64,000 nt of DNA from Raillietiella orientalis (taxonomy: Eukaryota), in NCBI GenBank assembly GCA_036172245.1, contig JAYWIR010000019.1, positions 2,170,001 to 2,234,000 on the forward strand, given 5' to 3'. Positions within the stretch are counted from its first letter, which is position 1; each line of letters opens with the position of its first letter. The notes beneath the pieces are model-generated. The model did not search any database, was not told the origin of the DNA, and was given only the letters and a program-made list of their open reading frames with translations. The position numbers and the translations under genes are program-made. This document shows, piece by piece, positions 60,989 to 64,000 of the stretch.

Positions 60989-62025
60989 TTGACACCCGGT
61001 TGCGCCAGAGCGTTTATTTATATAAAATAAATCCACAATTCAGTGGCAGGATGCTTGTTCCTGCCGCATTACCCAGGGAACCTGCCGAGAACTGGTACGC
61101 AGGCCGGCGAAGTTTCGCCTTGGCAGCAGGGGAGAGAGGGAGGGGGGGAGACAAACAAAAAGAAAAATAAAACCAAAAAATGTATACAAAAAAATTGGAG
61201 GAGAGTTCGGGAAGGCATCCCTCATTCTTGCCAGGATGCCGGCAAGTTCCTGTCTCAGGATATCCAGATGGGGCCATCTTGACGCTACCCTCATGAAGAG
61301 GATGGTAAAGCAGATGGTGCCCCTATCGTTGTGGTCTCCTCTGGCGTTGCTCCATGCAGCCACGATCCCGCGTAGGCAGCAAAGTGCTGGTAGGGATGCA
61401 GCCGGCTTGAGGGAGTCGCACGAGAATAGGCGCTTGAAAACGTCTCTGGGGTTGCTCTCGGGGATCCTCAGGGACACAGCGGAGCGTTCCTACAGGGGGC
61501 GGAGGGCAAAATCTACGAGCAGGTGCGGGAGGGACTTTCTTGCGCCGCACCTGCCGCTGTTTGGGATCGCACTCCCCCAGGTCCGATGGTGTCAGCGAGT
61601 GTTGCACGGGAGACCCCAACGCAACAGCAGGATCGCCGACTCCTGCCACTTTAGGGGGAGCGTAGCACTGTTTCAGCACGCCGGGAGCCACTATACCTCC
61701 TTCAGAGGGATCTGTAGCAGCTCTTCCCAGTATAGCAGTCCTTTGGGCGGGGCAGTCGGGGTGGGGTCGCTGCGTCCGACAGCTCCCGAGTTGCCCACGC
61801 ACCCAGCTGTTGCCTTTTCCCGTTCTGGATAGTAAATATCACTTTTCTGCTCGCCGGAAGTTGGGTGTCCTTAAATCCTCTTAGGGAGGGCAGCACGGGG
61901 GTGAAGGGGGTGAACGAAGCCCACGGCAGATTCCTGGTGTTCCCCAGGTTCCTCGACGGCTGACGAGCTTATATGCTGTTCCGTAGGCAGATGTACATTT
62001 GCCGCATTGCACGCTCGTCATGTTT
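60989..62025 (-). mobile_element. 5'-truncated LINE copy (diverged subfamily) inside SINE-like copy 3, sense to it; tail-to-tail with 60230-60932
   Basis: WATRELSDAATP and LCCLRGIVAAWS..VASRWPHL match the 48.8-49.5 kb element; AATAAA then CCGGGTGTCAA terminus at 60989. Confidence 0.88.
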
Positions 62026-62803
62026 TTGGAAGGTGGGGAGAGGGCGACTCGCAGCCCACGACATGCCCATTTCTCGCAGTCGATCCTTCCCCTGGGCAGG
62101 ATTCGAACGCACGACGTTTCGTGCAACGCGCGGAGGAGACCGCAGCCACACGTCCGCCAACGCGGGCCGACGATCAGTTTCCCTTCAATTATTACGGGAA
62201 CAGATGAACCGCCTGCGAGGAGAGCAAGGAGCGAAGGACCTTGGCAATCTCCAGAACTGTTCCTTCTTTTTCGTGGAGCGGTGTGCATCGACGATGCAGT
62301 CTGGCAATGCCGGCACTGAATGCTAATGTCGTCGCTTGGAGCTCGCGAGACGTCCCAAGACCTCGCCATGGAAAATGGTGAGGTGGAGGGGGAGGATGCC
62401 GCCTAGCAACGGTTCCCTGAACTCCTGGGTCATCTCATCGCGGAACTTAGATCGAGCGAAATGGGAATCTCTTCCTCGTCGCTTAATTGGAGACGCGAGC
62501 CGAATCGAAATGATGGCTGGGGCATAGACGAGAACGCGGGTACACGATGACCGCGTACTTCCCGATGACCATTCCGCTCATTTCCTCAAGTCGGTCGATT
62601 TTTCTCTCTTTCGTCCCTCCGTCACCTCTCCAAGGATTTGCCTCCCGACCTCGCGGATTGCATTCCCTGCCGTCGAGTCCCGGTGGAGGTGCTGCTGCCG
62701 TCTGCGCGAAAACGACGGGGCGATCCCCAGTCCAGCCGGCATCGGATCTGTGGACCACGGGGGCTCGAGAAGAACACATGTAATGGACCCGGTGCCCGAG
62801 CGA

Positions 62804-63896
62804 ACCCGTGCTGACGGCCGCGTGGCAGCAGTCTCCTCCGCGCGCGTGACACCAGGCGTCACGGGTTCGAATCCCGCACGGGGAAGGATCGACGCTGAAA
62901 ACAGGAGGTGCGCGTCGTGGATTTCGAGTCCCCTTCCCCCGAAGGACGACGCTGGTTGACCTCGGTTGGCTTCGGGTGAGACAATTATGGACACCGGATA
63001 CCCCCGTTGACTGTCCCAGATTGGAAGTCGACCCTCCGGGGTCCTTCCAGGAAACAAGAACCCATCTTAGGGGTTTCCCTCCGGTTGTGCAAGTGGAGGT
63101 GGTGGATCGATACCTCTCCAGAGTGTAAAGAAGTGCTCTGCTCCCTTCGGGAGCGGCCCTTTGGAGAAATGGGGAAGCGTCCCTTCGAAGTTCTCTTCAG
63201 AGGAGGAAACAGGGAGCGGTTCCCTTGAGGGTGACATCCGGGGAAGAAATTCCAAGCGCGGTCCTTTCCGGGTTCCCTCTGAAGAAGTGAGGGACAGCAC
63301 CTTCTGGAGGACCCTTCCGGAGAGGGCAAAGAAGAGGTTCCCTTCGGAGTTCTTTACCAGCCGTAAGAGGAATGACTGCTTCCTCCGCAGCCTTCCTGGA
63401 TTCATAAGGCGGCCCCTTCTGGGCCACTCTCTATACCTGAAGAGTCGTACGTGTCCACGGGTAGCGTGGAGCAAAGCTGAAGAGCTTCATGAGCCCCCTT
63501 TCAAGGAGGGGTGCGACTCTTCAGCAACCAAGGAAAGGAGCGGTGTGTGTTTCCACGGAAGGTCACCGAGAGATCCAGGTAGATGAGAAAAGCGCGGTGC
63601 TCCGAGAGTTGAGAGCAGTGGATCTGCGCAAAAGGAAGAGCATCTGCGCCCTCATGAGCGCGCTTGACTTCCGGCGGGCGATCTGCTTGCCGTTGCTGCC
63701 AGGAAAAAAAAGAATCCGCTCCTGCTGCCGCCGGTCGGCGAGACGAATGTGGGAAGCCCAGCATCGGGAGATCTGGACCAAAAGGCGCGCACACCCTCAG
63801 GTAGCGTCGATGGCTCTGAAGAGCTTCGTGAGTCTCTGCTAAGGAAGCGGGAGGTTCTTCAGCACTCGGCGAACCGAAAGAAATAAGAAAAAAAAA
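62804..63896 (+). mobile_element. tRNA-headed SINE-like element, copy 4
   Basis: Acceptor-like stem cccgtg(62805-62810)/cacggg(62877-62882) closing T-arm cggg-TTCGAAT-cccg; tail ttcagcactcggcgaacc followed by an A-rich tract (63877-63896). Confidence 0.78.
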
Positions 63897-64000
63897 TCTG
63901 GAAGAAAAACAGCGAAGAAAAGCAAGAGAAACAGATGATCCCCCTTCCTCCCTCCAAATTCCCACTATCATAGCCCCATAGTGAAGACAAAGCTCCGATC

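Larger units (their letters stand above)
59620..62167 (-). mobile_element. tRNA-headed SINE-like element, copy 3 (split by two LINE fragments), with poly(A) tail
   Basis: Head 62167-62030 (A-box-like TGGCGGACGTGTGG, CGTTCGAATCC), linker piece 60933-60988, body 60229-59662, tail ttcagcacttggcggacc(A)17 seen as the T run at 59645-59661. Confidence 0.72.

Noticed and set aside
62804..62883. Functional tRNA gene (also 5744-5820, 62090-62167, 37335-37413)
   Set aside because: T-arm and B box are present, but there is no convincing D or anticodon arm and no T-run terminator, and each head continues into a shared repeat body. These are SINE heads.

Overview
GC-rich, intron-containing eukaryotic DNA, most likely from an arthropod and possibly a crustacean, judging from the protein families. 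Most long ORFs in the supplied track look like GC-rich shadows. Three spliced minus-strand genes can be built by hand with canonical GT-AG sites and consistent phases: (1) a 2-exon secreted leucine-rich-repeat protein (339 aa, 8344-12122) resembling the Oplophorus-luciferase non-catalytic-subunit-like LRR family, and (2,3) two tandem secreted paralogues with a DM4/DM12-like cysteine pattern (14944-24027 and 27975-39397). Much of the rest is transposon debris: a decayed L1/Tx1-clade LINE (48.6-52.2 kb) with four 5'-truncated relatives that share a fixed non-poly(A) 3' terminus, four copies of a ~0.8-1.1 kb tRNA-headed SINE-like element (three with an A-rich tail), and several fossil Mutator-like transposases. 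The most striking pattern is that three of the five LINE copies sit inside the SINE-like element, about 70-125 bp downstream of its B box, two of them at the same nucleotide motif. Two ~99%-identical inverted duplicates (704 bp and 902 bp) also have their breakpoints inside these SINE copies. All family assignments come from manual motif recognition; no database search was run.
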